Shown piece by piece: positions 61,533 to 64,000 of a stretch of DNA of 64,000 nucleotides; position 1 is the first letter of the stretch, and the number at the start of each line of letters is the position of its first letter. The notes under the pieces were generated by a model, which was not told the DNA's origin, did no database searches, and saw only the letters and a program-made list of their open reading frames with translations. The DNA is from Microthyrium microscopicum (taxonomy: Eukaryota). A program made the translations under genes and the position numbers. The stretch lies in assembly GCA_010405405.1 (NCBI GenBank), contig MU004243.1, positions 863,340 through 927,339 on the forward strand. The letters run 5' to 3'.

Positions 61533-63185
61533 ATGCCTGATGCCACTCCTTCCTCATCAGAGCAAACGGGTTCGCCGGCCACAGCGCCAAACCGTAGAGG
61601 CCCGCCTCCTCCAACAAAACAGGAGATATCAAATACGCAACGCGTTCTATTATCTTTCTGGGCCGTTGTGATATTCTTGGGCTTGCCAATATGGTGGAAA
61701 ACAACTACAGTGTATCGCGCAAGTCTGCCGCTCGACGTTATGAAGGACTGGAGTCAGGGAAATGTCTGTCAACCAACATTTCCCCTGAGAGTGGCAGTGG
61801 AGGCATCACATATTACACCTCAAGAGGCACAGCATCTCATTAAAACTACACAGCATGCTTTGGATGACTTGAATGAGTTCTCGGCACATCATTTACGACT
61901 GGTAGTGGCCACCTCTTTGAGCAATGAGACCATGGAAACGGAAGACGCCAATGTTCTGGAAGATGACATAGCGCTTCTTGTACGCCTAAAATCAACAACG
62001 AGCTCGCCAACACCTTCCTTCAATCTGCATACATTCTCTCCTATTCTGGATGTCTTTTACGGCCAGAACCAAATACCCTCCAGCTCATCTGGTGTATCGC
62101 CCTTAGCATCCAGCATCGCCAAAGAACTGCAGTCCATCTTTGCCGAAGAGCAAGCAACGTTAACCCACCTCCTAAGCTCGATATCATGGAAGCCCACACA
62201 AACCAGCACTCTCAGTCCCGAAATGGCTTCTACTATGACCCGTCGCTCTACACGCTCTTTCAAATACGCGCCCACCTACCATTTGACCTTCTCACTCTTC
62301 ACACCCAACAGTGCCCCCTCGGACTGGGCTATCGAATCGGCTCTCTCTCACCACATCACTCCGCTCCTCCGCGCCCTCTCGCCCATTAGCAACTTCACCA
62401 TTGACAGTCAACTGCAAATGTATGCGCACTTCTCACCTACTTTCCCAGATCCTGCCTACGACCCCGAAAGCAAATCATACACCCTAAACACATCCGACCT
62501 CTCCGGATTCATCAACGCCGCCGACTGGCCCCTTTCCCCAAGTATCGGCGCCGGCCCAACGATAAACTTCATTCTCTACGTTCCCGCGCCTCATCAAACA
62601 CCCCTCCTCGTCCGCGAGAATGGCGCATCGAGCTGGTTGATTCCGCAATGGGGCGGTATCCAAATCTTCAATCCGCCCACCGGCTCTGCGCCGTCAAGCC
62701 TGTCCGCAGACGACTTGTCCCCAGTCATGCAGACCTTCACAAACCAGCTTCTCTCCCTCCTCGGCCTACCCAACTCGCCGTCCTCGCTACCAGTCCGCCT
62801 ATCAACCCTCACACGCGTCCACGCAGCTTCTCTAATATTTTCGGCGAGCGATACCCTAGGCGCCTTGGCTCGGCTGACGAAGAGTCTACCCAACATCCCG
62901 ATTCCCAACACAGTCGCTCACTCCGTCGATTCCACGATCGCCCATCTGCACGCCGCGTGTGGCCATCTACGACAAGGTCGATTTGCAGCCGCGCTGCAGG
63001 ACGCAAGAGTCGCGGAAGCAGAAGTGGAACGTGCATTTTTCGAGCGAAGTATGGTGGGACAGGTGTATTTCCCCGATGAGCATAAGGTTGCGGTATATTT
63101 GCCGTTACTAGGCCCGATCGCTGTACCGTTGGTGACGAATAGTGTTAGGGAGTGGAGGAGGTGGCGGCTGGCGAGACGTGGGTAG
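61533..63185 (+). CDS. GPI17: GPI transamidase subunit PIG-S
   Basis: LGLPIWWKTTTVYRASLP, FINAADWPL, INFILYVP, WLIPQWGG, AFFERSMVGQVYFPDEHKVAVYLPLLGP. Confidence 0.95.
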   Translation: MPDATPSSSEQTGSPATAPNRRGPPPPTKQEISNTQRVLLSFWAVVIFLGLPIWWKTTTVYRASLPLDVMKDWSQGNVCQPTFPLRVAVEASHITPQEAQHLIKTTQHALDDLNEFSAHHLRLVVATSLSNETMETEDANVLEDDIALLVRLKSTTSSPTPSFNLHTFSPILDVFYGQNQIPSSSSGVSPLASSIAKELQSIFAEEQATLTHLLSSISWKPTQTSTLSPEMASTMTRRSTRSFKYAPTYHLTFSLFTPNSAPSDWAIESALSHHITPLLRALSPISNFTIDSQLQMYAHFSPTFPDPAYDPESKSYTLNTSDLSGFINAADWPLSPSIGAGPTINFILYVPAPHQTPLLVRENGASSWLIPQWGGIQIFNPPTGSAPSSLSADDLSPVMQTFTNQLLSLLGLPNSPSSLPVRLSTLTRVHAASLIFSASDTLGALARLTKSLPNIPIPNTVAHSVDSTIAHLHAACGHLRQGRFAAALQDARVAEAEVERAFFERSMVGQVYFPDEHKVAVYLPLLGPIAVPLVTNSVREWRRWRLARRG

Positions 63186-63349
63186 ACCCAAGGGGCATTC
63201 AAGTATGCATATGAGGGTACATGGATAGGGAATGCATTAGACTGGAATTTACTGAGCGTAATGTATGATACTTTTTGGGGATAGAGATAGATGATGGATT
63301 TTGTGATGAATATGATATCCAATTCAACGCGATTCTACGTATGCTTTCT

Positions 63350-64000
63350 CTACGTTTCTGCTGCCTTTGGTCCTTCCTCATACACATCCAAATTCCACGT
63401 CTCCATGCCTGCACCACAGACGACCATTTTCGGTATACCAGAGCTCTGTGGAGGGAAGAGTGCAATGCTAGAAATATCAGCTACAGCTGTCGTGGTCTGG
63501 CGTACACTTTGAATCTCAACAGCGTCCGCGCTATTGGTCGACCTAACAGAGATCTTCGTCACAGTCAATTGCTGATCTGGCCCTGCTGTTACTGCAAATA
63601 TCTCCCGTTCTTGACGTTCTTCGGGGTTGCTACTTGACTGTTTGATGTGCTCGACAGGTGGTTTTGGGTTGGCGTAAAGGCTTATTGTCGTGATCGCTGC
63701 GCAGTGCTGCGGCTGTACTGTTCTGCCTGCAACGGTGAATGGTTGCATAAATTTGTGCGAAAGCGACGATGATTTGACGAGTCGGGCAAAGGCTATGTAA
63801 CTCCCATCGCCGACTATGCCGATGAGAGTTTCCATGGGACCGAGAGGCAGTACAGAGAGGCATTTTATGCTGCTGCTAAGATGTTGACTCGTCAAGAGCA
63901 TAGTATGTTCTGGAGCGTCGTCCAATTTGGTTGTTGATTCGCGAAGATCCTTCGGACTCCATAAAGTCACAACACCATCACTGCCAGCTGTGACGAAGCA
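63350..64000 (-). CDS. 3' end of a WD40-repeat protein, WDR6/Trm734-like (truncated by the window edge)
   Basis: Open frame from the window edge with WD-like segments HLSSSIK, HCAAITTI, TAGPDQ and terminal TAVADISS..VVCGAGMETW. Confidence 0.6.
   Translation of the reverse strand, partial: CFVTAGSDGVVTLWSPKDLRESTTKLDDAPEHTMLLTSQHLSSSIKCLSVLPLGPMETLIGIVGDGSYIAFARLVKSSSLSHKFMQPFTVAGRTVQPQHCAAITTISLYANPKPPVEHIKQSSSNPEERQEREIFAVTAGPDQQLTVTKISVRSTNSADAVEIQSVRQTTTAVADISSIALFPPQSSGIPKMVVCGAGMETWNLDVYEEGPKAAET

Overview
Eukaryotic window from a filamentous ascomycete (Pezizomycotina): short GT-AG introns with CTRAY branch points and a RIP-damaged transposon. About 19 protein-coding loci are supportable. 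In order: GT71 mannosyltransferase, a multi-pass membrane protein, a cytochrome P450, a GNAT pseudogene, an SDR, a secreted protein of unknown function, a ~1180-aa secreted multi-domain GH128 protein with a hevein/CBM18 module, a GH72 GAS/GEL, a divergent adenylate-kinase-like gene, a small gene bracketed by ~90-bp direct repeats, a 3.4-kb RIP-inactivated Mutator-like element with ~150-bp TIRs, FKS1, an intronless 1714-aa membrane-bound NRPS-like polymer synthetase (Pls / poly-malate synthetase architecture), a small secreted crystallin-like protein, SEC14, a HET-domain gene, AMMECR1, SMC4, a secreted mucin-like protein, PIG-S/GPI17 and the 3' end of a WDR6-like gene. The main points of interest are: a GH128-GH72-FKS1 beta-1,3-glucan neighbourhood; a Pro-to-Ala change in FKS1 echinocandin hot spot 1; the neighbouring polymer synthetase whose adenylation domain looks carboxylic-acid-activating; and the MULE inserted ~750 bp upstream of FKS1. 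All exon structures and family calls were made by eye; no database searches were run.
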